Shown here one piece after another: positions 6,504 to 16,586 of a stretch of 28,783 nucleotides of DNA. The stretch's first letter is position 1. Each line of letters begins with the position of its first letter. This DNA is from a virus. Its lineage: Duplodnaviria; Caudoviricetes. Location of the stretch: positions 1-28,783 of IMG/VR virus record IMGVR_UViG_3300017648_000084; one strand, written 5' to 3'. The notes below the pieces were generated by a model, which saw only the letters and a list, made by a program, of their open reading frames with translations, was not told where the DNA came from and searched no databases. Made by a program: the position numbers and the translations under genes.

Positions 6504-8861
6504 CTATTTCAGGATTTGCAGCTTTTTCACGTTCATCGTGCCATTGCCTGAGCGGCGTAGACCAAAAAATCCACCCAAAAATGGTGCGCTAATTGTCGTA
6601 GGCCCGTATGGGCCTGCGCCATCAACAAACACATTAAGCGCCGATCCGCTGCCTTGGCCCATAACCACGCGGAACTCACGTTCCTGCAAAGTGATGTCGA
6701 CGCTGTTGAGAGCCGTTTTATTATAGGTACCGTCGCCGGTCGCTTCAAACAACGTGAGGTAGCCAGTGGACTCATCGGCCCCAATACCAAGGGCCATAAC
6801 AGCGATCCCGCTAGAGTTATCGGCCGCCCATTCGCCGAACACGCATACAGCTTCGCCTTTTGCCAACTGGCCGGTGAATGAAAAATCAAATCCCGAGAGC
6901 AGCCGATCGAATTGAATGGTATCCGTCAACACGATTCCGTTTGTTGATCCATTGGAGACGGTGAGCGATACCTGATCCAGAACATTTTTGCGCGTGAGAA
7001 GAAACGGAGAATTATTGTTGAACCGCTTTTCGACAGGATTAGCTTTCTTAACCCGAAGATAATTTACGCCAACACTCGCGGCCTGGGCAGCTGCGGAGAT
7101 CGTCACCATATGCAACCCAGGAGGAACATTGCGTGCAACGCACGTCTCGTGATCCTGGATGTATCGAGTGCCATAGTTCCCATTGTGATACTGCGACATC
7201 GTTCCAACTGAGATTTGGTCAAGCGCGATCCCTGCGGACGATACGCCGCCACCCCATATCGGATATCCGACAAACAGGTCCAACCCCGGTTTTTCGATTT
7301 TAACTAGAATGCGGATGCTCTTGGGAACGTTGTCGGCCGTCGATATGAACTGCATGCCGGAGCGGCTGTTTTTTGCCTCAGTTGGTGCATTCGATGGCGT
7401 ACAGATAGCGAGTGGCGAGGCCACCGAAATGATCTCGCCGTCGACGGAGACGCCCTTGTAGGGGTAAACATATGGTGCAGCCATCAACTGGCCAATGTAA
7501 TTATAGCCGATCTGTGTTGGGTGAACGCCATCCGGCAGAAGCTGCTGAACCGTATAATTGCCGCACGTGAGCAACTGTGAAATCTGCTCGAACGCGTCGA
7601 CCAAGGCAACCCGAGCCGTTCGACAAACTTCTCTTACAACCTCCGCATAGGATTTCAGCCTCTCCGATTTATCAATCGTCCCGAGAGGGCCGACAGGGGA
7701 GATAAGATTGGGCGTCATTAAGACCGGTATTTTGCCATAAGCTCGAACAATCCGCACAATCTCATAAAGATTAGCTTTGTAGTCGCCAATGGGAGTTGGC
7801 GGCGTATTCTGGCAATCATTGATGCCATGGTTGCAATAGACGATTTGCGCAGGACTGGAAGCAATCCGAGCTTCAAAAGTCTGCCCGCTTCCGTCGGAAC
7901 CTTCCAGCATATTTATAGTTCGGGTGCCACTATAGCCACGATTGTTCACGAGGATATTCCCGTTCGCGTAATAATCGCGGAGGAACAATTGTAGCTTTGC
8001 CGGCGCGGGAGTTGCAGCAATGTACGTTGGCGGGTTCGTTACATCAACGCCAACCATAGTACTGTCGCCAAAGCAATCGATGGTTACGCTTTCGCCTTTG
8101 AACATTGACACAGAAAGCGATCGGAGGCGGTCATCTTCTTCAACCCCGCCCCACCATGTGCCGTCGCTCGACTGGAACTTATGGAAATGAATTGGTTCAA
8201 TAGGCTCTTGCTTGTAAAGCCCGCCCGCATTGTCGCCGGCCGCCAGACCGCCAGCCGCACGAACATAATTTACTGATGATGGAAAAGATGTAGCTTCAGC
8301 TGCGGAAACGCTATCAGCGTTCGCCAGATTGGCGCCGGCTGCGCTTTCGGCTGCCTCCTTCGCTGCGACCGCCTCATCTTTGGAGGTTGCGGCAGTTTCT
8401 TCTGATTGTTCCGCAGAATTTGCCGCATTTTCAGCCCTTTCGGTCAGATCGGACACGTCAGCGACAAAACTTTCAAGCTTCGCTGCATTCTGGTCGGTGT
8501 CGCGGCGCACTTCCTGCATTTCCGCTTCGACACGATCCAGAGAATAATTATGATCAGGGATGCGGAGCGGTGCGCCGGTCTGGTACTGGTCAGTCCGCCT
8601 CGGAGCTCTCTTGCCGCGAATTGCAACAAACCCCGTTACGGCTACATTCATCCTGACAACCGCATTCGTCGACACCCCTTCAATAAAGGTGGCTAGAATC
8701 GTAAAGTCGGTGCGCAACTGCCCATTCACCTCGACCTGTAGGTCAGTTGACGGGAACTCCCCGACGTTCCTACCGAAGATAGGGAAGTTGACGAGGAAAT
8801 CCGTCGTAGGAACGACAGGATTGTAAAAAGCTTCGCGCGTGGATGCCGTGATCGTAACCAT
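6504..8861 (-). CDS. tail fibre/tailspike with SGNH/GDSL esterase domain
   Basis: Podovirus fibre-like N-terminus and Ala/Glu coiled coil, then FGDST, NRGYSG, HGINDC and DGVHP (SGNH blocks I, II, III, V) and beta-rich C-terminal domains. Confidence 0.85.
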   Translation of the reverse strand: MVTITASTREAFYNPVVPTTDFLVNFPIFGRNVGEFPSTDLQVEVNGQLRTDFTILATFIEGVSTNAVVRMNVAVTGFVAIRGKRAPRRTDQYQTGAPLRIPDHNYSLDRVEAEMQEVRRDTDQNAAKLESFVADVSDLTERAENAANSAEQSEETAATSKDEAVAAKEAAESAAGANLANADSVSAAEATSFPSSVNYVRAAGGLAAGDNAGGLYKQEPIEPIHFHKFQSSDGTWWGGVEEDDRLRSLSVSMFKGESVTIDCFGDSTMVGVDVTNPPTYIAATPAPAKLQLFLRDYYANGNILVNNRGYSGTRTINMLEGSDGSGQTFEARIASSPAQIVYCNHGINDCQNTPPTPIGDYKANLYEIVRIVRAYGKIPVLMTPNLISPVGPLGTIDKSERLKSYAEVVREVCRTARVALVDAFEQISQLLTCGNYTVQQLLPDGVHPTQIGYNYIGQLMAAPYVYPYKGVSVDGEIISVASPLAICTPSNAPTEAKNSRSGMQFISTADNVPKSIRILVKIEKPGLDLFVGYPIWGGGVSSAGIALDQISVGTMSQYHNGNYGTRYIQDHETCVARNVPPGLHMVTISAAAQAASVGVNYLRVKKANPVEKRFNNNSPFLLTRKNVLDQVSLTVSNGSTNGIVLTDTIQFDRLLSGFDFSFTGQLAKGEAVCVFGEWAADNSSGIAVMALGIGADESTGYLTLFEATGDGTYNKTALNSVDITLQEREFRVVMGQGSGSALNVFVDGAGPYGPTTISAPFLGGFFGLRRSGNGTMNVKKLQILK

Positions 8862-8868
8862 GCCCGCG

Positions 8869-8904
8869 AATATTCACGCGCGGGCAATTTCCAGCAAAGC
8901 ACAG
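8869..8904 (-). promoter_or_regulatory. putative late promoter (tailspike; probably leaderless)
   Basis: CTGTGCTTTGC at 8894-8904; TTGCTG-17-AATATT-7-ATG; no RBS. Confidence 0.72.
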
Positions 8905-8905
8905 G

Positions 8906-11305
8906 TCAGCGTTGGAAGGCGGGCGAACGGGCTGGCGCGGTCCGACCCGGCGACCACCAAAACGTTTGTCCGAAATCCTTCTTCATCCTCTTTTCATATC
9001 GACGGAAGGACTTCCGATAATCCGGGTCAATCATCGCCTGTATCTGATCGAAAACCATGCGATCAGTCGCCAGCTTCGTGTACCAAAGTGACGATCCTGG
9101 GGTCCAACCCTTCATGTATTGGGCAAGCGACTTTCCGTTGAACCCATTTTTCAGGAAGTCGGCCGTTGAAATGATCGCCGATGGCCCCGGACCAGCAAGA
9201 AATTCGGTTACACCGGCGCCACCACGCGAAACAGACGAATTCACGAAATCACCCATCATGCCGCCGCCGCCACCGCGGATAAAGGCTTCCGTCCAGAACT
9301 GCGGGCGGCTCATATCGTTAGGATCGCGGCCGGCAATAATTGATTGCATCTGAACCGTGAACGCACCGGCAACCGTCATAAGCGCAAGTAGCTTCGACGT
9401 GTAAGCGGCCTTCGACCACATACCATCCTGAGATGCTGCGCGCATCATATGCGTCATCATGTATGTCATCGGGAAGCTTTTGAACTGCGTGGCTGAACGA
9501 ACTGCTTCGCCCAGAACAGTGCCGCGCTGCAATCCGCCGGACATAGCGCCACGGATACGCGCATCAGGCTCCAGAACAGCCAGATGCCTTTCATCGATGA
9601 TCGCCGACATGAGGCGGTCAGCAAGGCGCTGATCCTCAACACCGTTCACATCGAAGAAGCGCGCGCCATCGGCTTCAAGCTGCGGCGTCACGCGAAGTTT
9701 GTCCCAATCGGCAGCAGTGAAACCGTACCGTTCAAAGAAGCCCCGGAAAAGTGGGTCCAGCGCTTCGAACTTCTTGTCAGATTCGCGAGCAATTGCGCCC
9801 ATGAACTCCATCGAGAAAGCACGCTTCAAGCCCTCTGTCCAAGTGTTCAGACCGCTGGCGCGCATGATCGTGTCAGCTACGCGGGCCGTGATCCCTTGGC
9901 CGACAATCTCATCGGCGAACCGCTTCGATCCCAACGCATTATCCATCACCATATTCGCGGTCAGGTTCACTTGACGTGCGATGGCTTCAGCCTTCTCGTC
10001 ATTCGCCAGGTCCTTAACAAGACGCCCCAGAACGGCCGTCGCAGGGATGCCATTATGATTTGCCGCGAACGACATGGTGAAGCTGTCGCCGGGAAGGGCC
10101 GCAATAGTAGCTGAACCCAAACGGGAAGCTGTTTGAATGTTGCGCAGCCCGCCACCGATCCCGGCCAGCAACTCATTCTGAGGAACGCCAAGCTTGCCAG
10201 AAAGCGCGTCGAAGGTCCGTTGGGCGGCCGCCGGGCTGTTCAGCGAAATCACGTTCTTGATCCGCTCACCTTTCGTCAGATTTTCAGCATCCGAACGGCG
10301 AGCCTTTTCCAAAAGCGTGTTGAAATTCTGCTCATACTTCGGGCCAAGAACTTCGGTGAAGGCGATTTCCTTACCCATGCCGGACAAGTGCCCCACGAGA
10401 GTATTGTAAAGACCACCGTCACCCACACCATATTTCTTCATGAGCCGCTTGTAAGCGTCAGGATTGTCAAAGCGGAAAACGCGAAGCTGGTTCGAAAAGC
10501 CACTTGGACCGGCAGCGCCGACGCCACGGCCCAACGTGATATCCTTATAGGCGTTCTGGATAATTCCCGGAATCATGGTTGCAGGCGCTTCGCCCTGACC
10601 TTCCTTGTCCATTACGCGCATCGTCCCCGCGCGGACTTCCTGTAACAGATCATCAACGAACTCGCGTTCTGTAACAGCCTTGGTGCGAGACGCATCCCAG
10701 AACTGTGGCAAGCGCCAGTCGTCGAGAACTGACAATCGCTTACCCGCGCGCTTCACTCGGTCAACCGCGTATCCGGTCGCCTCCTGAAACGCCTTTGCCG
10801 CTGCCTGCGCAGACTGGTCACCGGTGTCACGTCCAAACAATTCATCGACAACGTTCCAAATGGATTCCGTTTCCTGCCGAAGCCCGGCCATAGTCGACCG
10901 ATACTTATCAAGCGTGCCGCCCATGATGCCAAACAGGCGCTTGGTAACGGCTTCTGAATGGCTGTCTATATTGATGGCGTTCCCGGTTTCACGGCCTGCT
11001 TCCCAATTGTCGCGCACAAGCGCGCTCATAAGCCCGACAGTTTGGCCGCGAGGATGCTTCTGCATCCGGTCGTAGATTTCAGCCTGTCGGATAGCCTGGA
11101 TCGCCGCTTCCATTTTGCGCTCGCGGGCAGCTTCGGCCATAACGCGGGCGGCCTCAAGAGCACTGGCAGCGTCGGCAGTTGCCGGACCCATCGCTGGATA
11201 GAGCCTATCCTGAATACCATTGTGCAAGGCGAGCGCATCGTCGGCGGCCTTCTGCGTAATTCGCTTGGCTGCGACGAGTTTGGCAAGGCAATTCTGGATC
11301 GACAT
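8906..11305 (-). CDS. internal virion (ejection) protein
   Basis: 799 aa, helical. QFKSFP and PGSSLWY...FWWSPG motifs recalled from epsilon15/BPP-1-like core proteins; last of the ejection genes. Confidence 0.7.
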   Translation of the reverse strand: MSIQNCLAKLVAAKRITQKAADDALALHNGIQDRLYPAMGPATADAASALEAARVMAEAARERKMEAAIQAIRQAEIYDRMQKHPRGQTVGLMSALVRDNWEAGRETGNAINIDSHSEAVTKRLFGIMGGTLDKYRSTMAGLRQETESIWNVVDELFGRDTGDQSAQAAAKAFQEATGYAVDRVKRAGKRLSVLDDWRLPQFWDASRTKAVTEREFVDDLLQEVRAGTMRVMDKEGQGEAPATMIPGIIQNAYKDITLGRGVGAAGPSGFSNQLRVFRFDNPDAYKRLMKKYGVGDGGLYNTLVGHLSGMGKEIAFTEVLGPKYEQNFNTLLEKARRSDAENLTKGERIKNVISLNSPAAAQRTFDALSGKLGVPQNELLAGIGGGLRNIQTASRLGSATIAALPGDSFTMSFAANHNGIPATAVLGRLVKDLANDEKAEAIARQVNLTANMVMDNALGSKRFADEIVGQGITARVADTIMRASGLNTWTEGLKRAFSMEFMGAIARESDKKFEALDPLFRGFFERYGFTAADWDKLRVTPQLEADGARFFDVNGVEDQRLADRLMSAIIDERHLAVLEPDARIRGAMSGGLQRGTVLGEAVRSATQFKSFPMTYMMTHMMRAASQDGMWSKAAYTSKLLALMTVAGAFTVQMQSIIAGRDPNDMSRPQFWTEAFIRGGGGGMMGDFVNSSVSRGGAGVTEFLAGPGPSAIISTADFLKNGFNGKSLAQYMKGWTPGSSLWYTKLATDRMVFDQIQAMIDPDYRKSFRRYEKRMKKDFGQTFWWSPGRTAPARSPAFQR

Positions 11306-13647
11306 TATTTCGCCCCCGGCGCGCGCATGAAGTGTTCAGTGTTGCCCACGGTGCAGGCTTCGAGATCAGCAGCCATACGAATTTCGTCGTCCGCCTCGGC
11401 CATAATTTCAGCGATCGAGCGTTCGCCAGCGCCGTCGCCCAGATCAACTTTGATGTCTGGCATTTCCTCGCCAATGCGGATTGCTTCGCGCAGAACAGCG
11501 TCGGCCGTATCTTGCGCCTTTGCCACTTCCTCAACATGCTCCGTCGTCAGGCGATCATTTGCCACCGCGATCAGGTCTTCCCGGTCTGCCTTGGCAAGCG
11601 AAGAACGCAGAACATCAGAGGATTCGAGAGGTTCACCGAACAGGCGTGCGCCCGCGTCGTTCTTCAAAGCTTCATCCGCATAGTCGCGCAGGAAAGAAGT
11701 GAGGCGCTTGCGGCTGATCGGACGGCGCATATTCTCATCGCCAAACATGGCGCGGGCCAATATCTTTGAAATCTCATTCGGGCCGCCGAACATTTCCGCC
11801 TGGTTGATCAGGTCAGCAACCGGGCGGCCTTCGTCACGCGCACGCATCACCAAACCGACGGCGTTCATCAAGTCGTTGGTAATATCCATGCCGCGAGGAA
11901 TATCACCCCGCACGACGGCATCACGCATGATTGCCCAAGAACCAGCGCTGTCACCGAGAGCGCCAGCAAGCGATTTGATGTTGCTGTCAGCATCTTCGAG
12001 CGCGCGCCCCAGCAATGTAGGTTCGCCATATGCTCGGCCCATAAGTGCGGACATGATACGCCGCTCGCCCGCTTGGGACAGGATACCCGCTTTGTCGACG
12101 AGCTCACCCTGTTCAGCGCGCGGAAGCTTCTGCATGAAGCCACGAACAAAATCTCGATTGCTGATGGTGTCCACGTCGCCAGTGTCGCGCAACTTGGAAA
12201 GCACGGCGTCGTCGATCAAACGCGCGTCTGATAAAGCCTGTTCCGCCGCCCCGAGGCGCATAGCAGTGGAGCGATTGGCGGCCGTGACAAAGCCGATGCG
12301 TGCCTCCGGGTCGAGGTCTGTAATGCGGCGAGCGATCAGAACCGGCTTATTGAAGCCCTCAATGTCAAAGTTCTGCGAGCGAAGAAAATTGCGATAGGAT
12401 TCCGAGGCGGGCCCATTTTCTATATATGCCCGGCGCATCGCCATGACGCGACCGTTGCCGGATTCGACAAACCCCTCTGGACCTACCACCGGCGCACCAT
12501 TCGCCGCATCTGCCGAAGGGCCGAGCCGTTCCGGCTGGAGATTTGCAGCGATCGAATTAATCTGGTCTTGCGATATGGCACGGGTGCGGTCGCGCGGCTG
12601 GAGTTCTGGCGGAAAGGCTGGGTTAATCGACATGTCGTCGAGATTGGACGTGATTAGGTTATCAGCTTCGACAACTTCATACTGCACACCCACAGAGCGG
12701 CCATCAGCGTCGTAAACGCGACCGGGCCGCGCATTCGCTTGCAAGAATGCTTCTTGCGGAATTTCGACGGGCTGGCCGCGAAAGAGATCGTCGGCAGCCT
12801 TTTCGACGGCTGCACGATAAACGGCAGCGCCTTGAGCGGATTTATCGAAATGCGCCGCCGGGACGGACGCCTCGCGGGTCACCACGTTACCGGCGTCGAC
12901 AAGCTGCCGGGGCCATTCACCTGTTGCAGCGCGATGCCACGCAGCGGCCAAACCTTTGATCCCGCCACCCAGCACCGCGCCGCCTGCGCCGGCCGCCGCA
13001 ATTTCGGTTAGTGCATCACGAAATCCGAAATTCGGATCGACTTCCTGTTTGAAACCATAGTTCAAACCTTGGATAGCCGTTTCCGATGATGCCCCGATTG
13101 CGCCTTCAATAAGCGCCGTTCGGAGAATGCCAGATGCTGCACCAGCACCAAACGCGAGGGAAATAGCGTTGATCGGGTCGCGCATCGCGCCGACTGCCGT
13201 ACCGGCGAACCCGCCGATTGCAGAGCCCCAGCCAGTTGAAAGCCCCTGCAATTTGACAGACTTTTCACGAGCGGCGCGAGCGCGGTCCAATGTCTGCGTT
13301 TCAAGCACAGTAGCATCAGGAAAAGCGAGTTCGCTTTCGGGGTTCTCTTTTTTCCACGCTTCGAATTGACCGCGCGCGTTCGCTTCCAGATCAGCCCGAG
13401 GATTGAGGCCGGGGCCCGTCAGCCAGTTACGCAGGCCAATTCCGCTTTCCTGATAGAACCGAGAAATGAACTCACTCTGGATATCCGCACGTGACCGTTC
13501 CCGGGCATTCACGTTCGCGAAATCCATCATGGACGTGTAATCGGCCTTGAAACGTTCAATGAAGCCAGGATCGAAGCCTTGGACCGGGTTCTGTTGCGCA
13601 GCTTGCAACGCGGTACGTTCTTCCTTCGGGTCAACGAGAAGAACCAT
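11305..13647 (-). CDS. internal virion protein with DdrB-like ParB-superfamily domain
   Basis: YEVVEA...NPAFPPELQPRDR...GAPVV...VESGNGR motif; Gly/Ala-rich hydrophobic N-terminal region; TAATG coupling at both ends. Confidence 0.72.
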   Translation of the reverse strand: MVLLVDPKEERTALQAAQQNPVQGFDPGFIERFKADYTSMMDFANVNARERSRADIQSEFISRFYQESGIGLRNWLTGPGLNPRADLEANARGQFEAWKKENPESELAFPDATVLETQTLDRARAAREKSVKLQGLSTGWGSAIGGFAGTAVGAMRDPINAISLAFGAGAASGILRTALIEGAIGASSETAIQGLNYGFKQEVDPNFGFRDALTEIAAAGAGGAVLGGGIKGLAAAWHRAATGEWPRQLVDAGNVVTREASVPAAHFDKSAQGAAVYRAAVEKAADDLFRGQPVEIPQEAFLQANARPGRVYDADGRSVGVQYEVVEADNLITSNLDDMSINPAFPPELQPRDRTRAISQDQINSIAANLQPERLGPSADAANGAPVVGPEGFVESGNGRVMAMRRAYIENGPASESYRNFLRSQNFDIEGFNKPVLIARRITDLDPEARIGFVTAANRSTAMRLGAAEQALSDARLIDDAVLSKLRDTGDVDTISNRDFVRGFMQKLPRAEQGELVDKAGILSQAGERRIMSALMGRAYGEPTLLGRALEDADSNIKSLAGALGDSAGSWAIMRDAVVRGDIPRGMDITNDLMNAVGLVMRARDEGRPVADLINQAEMFGGPNEISKILARAMFGDENMRRPISRKRLTSFLRDYADEALKNDAGARLFGEPLESSDVLRSSLAKADREDLIAVANDRLTTEHVEEVAKAQDTADAVLREAIRIGEEMPDIKVDLGDGAGERSIAEIMAEADDEIRMAADLEACTVGNTEHFMRAPGAK

Positions 13648-16583
13648 TACTGTTCACCTCGCAAATCCAGAACGAATGGACCGCCTTTGCTGTCAATCGC
13701 GAACGTCGGCGCGTTCTCCAGTCCAAATTCGAGAAGATATCGCCCGTCGCCGACAGCGCGCAGGCGTCCATAACGGCGAAGATCGCTTGCAGTAATTTGC
13801 TGTCCTTCTGATGTCACCGCCCCGGTCAGGCTATCGTCGGAAAGATCAGCAATCGCTTTGTCGAAATCTTCCTGGTTCATGCCATAACGCGGCGCGATGA
13901 TTGACTGCCCATTGAAATCAATCATGCCGCCGGTGACTTCATTGACCGCTTGCGTCATCCGATCTTCATTGAACTCACCGGAAGTGTCGCCGGCCATGTT
14001 GCTCAGATCGGCATAGCGGGCGCGGGCGGAGTCGAGAAGCGTTTGCCTCGACGCCTCCAACCCAGCGCCGAACGCTTGAGGTGGCAGAATATCGTCAATC
14101 GATGCCTGATTGTCGTCTGTCTTTTTAGGCGCATAGTTGGGATTTTTCTTGAGCAATGCCTGTCCACGCAAAACACCTTCCGCGACTTGCGGATTATACT
14201 GGTAGAGAGCGCCTGCACTTGCCGACGTGCGGGAGTTCGCATCTCCAGCAAGCGCCGTCATCGTTGCTCTGTATGTCTGCGGCGAGAGGTTGTTCGACAT
14301 GGCACCAAAAAGTGCGGCCTGTTCTCCCGGAGTGCCTTGCGTCATCACCTGGTTAAGAACGGCCTTATCCTGCGGGCGAAGTGCGGACGTGCCGGGCTGA
14401 ACCATTCCCCGAGCTTGCAAGAGGTCGACGGTTTGTTGGCGGGCGGCGAATGCAGCACCGACCGCATCAGGACCGGCGGCAAGATCAATCGCTGGAGTGT
14501 TCGGCGCCCACTGGCGTTGAGCGGCGTAACCAATAGGATCATTCTTCATGGCCTCTGCAACGCGCTTCGCAGTGCGGTCAGCCGCTTCCATAATCTGTTG
14601 CTGCGCGACGGTCGCACCATCACCGGCGTCGACCTTCAATTCATCTAGAACAGCAGCGGCTTGCTGTGGTGGCATTGAAGCGAACATCGCGGCAGCATCT
14701 TCGCTTGTGAGATATGAAGTGACCTCGCGCCGGAAACTTGGATCATCGATGACAGAAAGCTGTCGAGTGAGCAGCGACATTTCATTTGCAGCGGGCGGAA
14801 TGCCTTTTGAAATTCCATCCTTCATGTCGCCCCACAGGTCTTTTGCATCCTGCGTCACACCAGAGCGATAAGCCTTGATGACTTCTGGATCGACAGAAGG
14901 ACCGGAACCGCCAGCCGAGGAACCAGTCAGTGCGGATCGATCTCCATTTTCGTATGACGTTATGGCAGCCGACAGTTGAGCGTTAGAGACGTTCTTGAAG
15001 CCTTCCCACTGACCGCGCAGAGCATCCATCTTTCCCTGCATGGTTCGAGGGCCAGCCAGCGCCTTATCAGCAATGTGCATAGCGATAGCATCCTGCACAT
15101 CCTTCGAGAACACAGTATCGGGCGACAGCCCCATTTCCTTCGCCGCTGATTGGAGCGTGGAATTGACGATCTGATGTCGCCCCATCGGCGTTGCAATGCG
15201 CGGCTTCTGTCCTTGACGGGCAAGCTCGTTCTTCACCCATGGGCCATACTGGTTTGCAAACTGGTCGAGTTGACCAATGGTCATCTTGCTAACGTCAACG
15301 CCAGCAAAAGCACCTCCGGCGCGCTGCGAATGTCCAAACAGTGTGGAGTAATTGCCGCCCCCCTCTGTCCGGTCAATGAGATCAAACAGGCCACCACCGC
15401 CGCCACTTCCACCCGGATATGCGGCACCCGTGAGATTTGCCTTGCCGGGGGAGGTAATGCCATTTGCCGCTTCTATTCCACGCTCCAGAGCGCCGACGCG
15501 AGCATCAGGTGTCGAAAGCTTGAACTGCTGAATGGTCTGGGCAGCACGGCGGGAGTTGATAAGGTCGAGCGCACCGGCTACATCGCCACCACGCGCGAGG
15601 TTGGCAATCGTCATGTCGATGTCGGGATTATCAAGGCCGACACCTTCATCAAGAAGCTTCTTGTATTTCGTGGCTTGGTCCTGAATGGGCTTAAGCGCAA
15701 CCTTTTGCTCGGCGACAAAACCGCTAATGCGCTGTTCAGCAAGCCCCGCGTATTGGCGGCGCTCAGCCGGGGAAAGATGCAGCTTTTCGTCGGTCAGGAT
15801 TCGTTCGGCTTCTTTTTGCGCAGCCTTAACGCCGCCAGTTGCAAGGGTCTTGTCGATATTTCCGATGACCGCTTCGCTCATGTGCCGAGATTCGACACGT
15901 TGCAACTCCATCTGGGCCTGCTTTTCCGAAACCGTGAATTCCGGGTTATCGACAAGCTCCTTGTAAAGAGACTGCAATTGGCTTTGCTTTTCGAGATAGT
16001 CAGGCGTTCCCGTACCGCCCGCACGTGCGAGCGCGGCCATGTCATTATCGAGAAACTGGATTTCAGTTTTTATGTCGTTCTCGAAAATTGAAAGATCACG
16101 CTTTCGCTTCTGCTCAGAAACACCAAGACCGAGCCGGGATCCTTCCGTCTCCAGCATCGTTTTCAGTGGGCCGCGATATTCCTTTGGCGTGTTAGATAGA
16201 AGCTGATCGGAAAAGCCCTTCCAAGAGGCGTCAAAGGCAGAGATATCGCCTTTCGCAGCGTTGAAAAGTTCCTGGCCCTTCGTGCGAACATCACCGGAAA
16301 CACGAGCGGCGTAGGCTTGTTGCGCAGCTCGATTGTAAGCTTGGCCAGACTTCGACCAGTTTGAACGCTGATCCATCTGCAAGGTGCCGTTTTCGTCGCG
16401 ATATACCGCATCCGCACCTTCCTGCTCCGCCTTGATAACGGCCTGCTCCTCGAACTTTGTCCCAAGCGTGCCCATTGCGTCGGCGATCTGCATGTATGGA
16501 TTTGCAGCCGCCGCACCTGAAACAGCCGATTGCGGACCTTGGAAAATCGATGTGCGCTGCGATACTGTTGGAAGTCGAGCCAT
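13647..16583 (-). CDS. internal virion protein with inserted lysozyme-like (lytic transglycosylase) domain
   Basis: IDRTEGGGNYSTLFG...MGRHQIVNSTL...FSKDVQD...QWEGF flanked by Gly/Ser linkers. Confidence 0.75.
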   Translation of the reverse strand: MARLPTVSQRTSIFQGPQSAVSGAAAANPYMQIADAMGTLGTKFEEQAVIKAEQEGADAVYRDENGTLQMDQRSNWSKSGQAYNRAAQQAYAARVSGDVRTKGQELFNAAKGDISAFDASWKGFSDQLLSNTPKEYRGPLKTMLETEGSRLGLGVSEQKRKRDLSIFENDIKTEIQFLDNDMAALARAGGTGTPDYLEKQSQLQSLYKELVDNPEFTVSEKQAQMELQRVESRHMSEAVIGNIDKTLATGGVKAAQKEAERILTDEKLHLSPAERRQYAGLAEQRISGFVAEQKVALKPIQDQATKYKKLLDEGVGLDNPDIDMTIANLARGGDVAGALDLINSRRAAQTIQQFKLSTPDARVGALERGIEAANGITSPGKANLTGAAYPGGSGGGGGLFDLIDRTEGGGNYSTLFGHSQRAGGAFAGVDVSKMTIGQLDQFANQYGPWVKNELARQGQKPRIATPMGRHQIVNSTLQSAAKEMGLSPDTVFSKDVQDAIAMHIADKALAGPRTMQGKMDALRGQWEGFKNVSNAQLSAAITSYENGDRSALTGSSAGGSGPSVDPEVIKAYRSGVTQDAKDLWGDMKDGISKGIPPAANEMSLLTRQLSVIDDPSFRREVTSYLTSEDAAAMFASMPPQQAAAVLDELKVDAGDGATVAQQQIMEAADRTAKRVAEAMKNDPIGYAAQRQWAPNTPAIDLAAGPDAVGAAFAARQQTVDLLQARGMVQPGTSALRPQDKAVLNQVMTQGTPGEQAALFGAMSNNLSPQTYRATMTALAGDANSRTSASAGALYQYNPQVAEGVLRGQALLKKNPNYAPKKTDDNQASIDDILPPQAFGAGLEASRQTLLDSARARYADLSNMAGDTSGEFNEDRMTQAVNEVTGGMIDFNGQSIIAPRYGMNQEDFDKAIADLSDDSLTGAVTSEGQQITASDLRRYGRLRAVGDGRYLLEFGLENAPTFAIDSKGGPFVLDLRGEQ

Positions 16584-16586
16584 AAT

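Noticed and set aside
6504-7000. Diversity-generating retroelement as in BPP-1
   Set aside because: No reverse transcriptase and no template/variable repeat pair visible in the window.
15150-16091. Long plus-strand ORFs opposite virion genes (also 20388-21611, 24923-26038 and others)
   Set aside because: Antisense shadows of GC-rich coding genes; no RBS or recognisable motifs.
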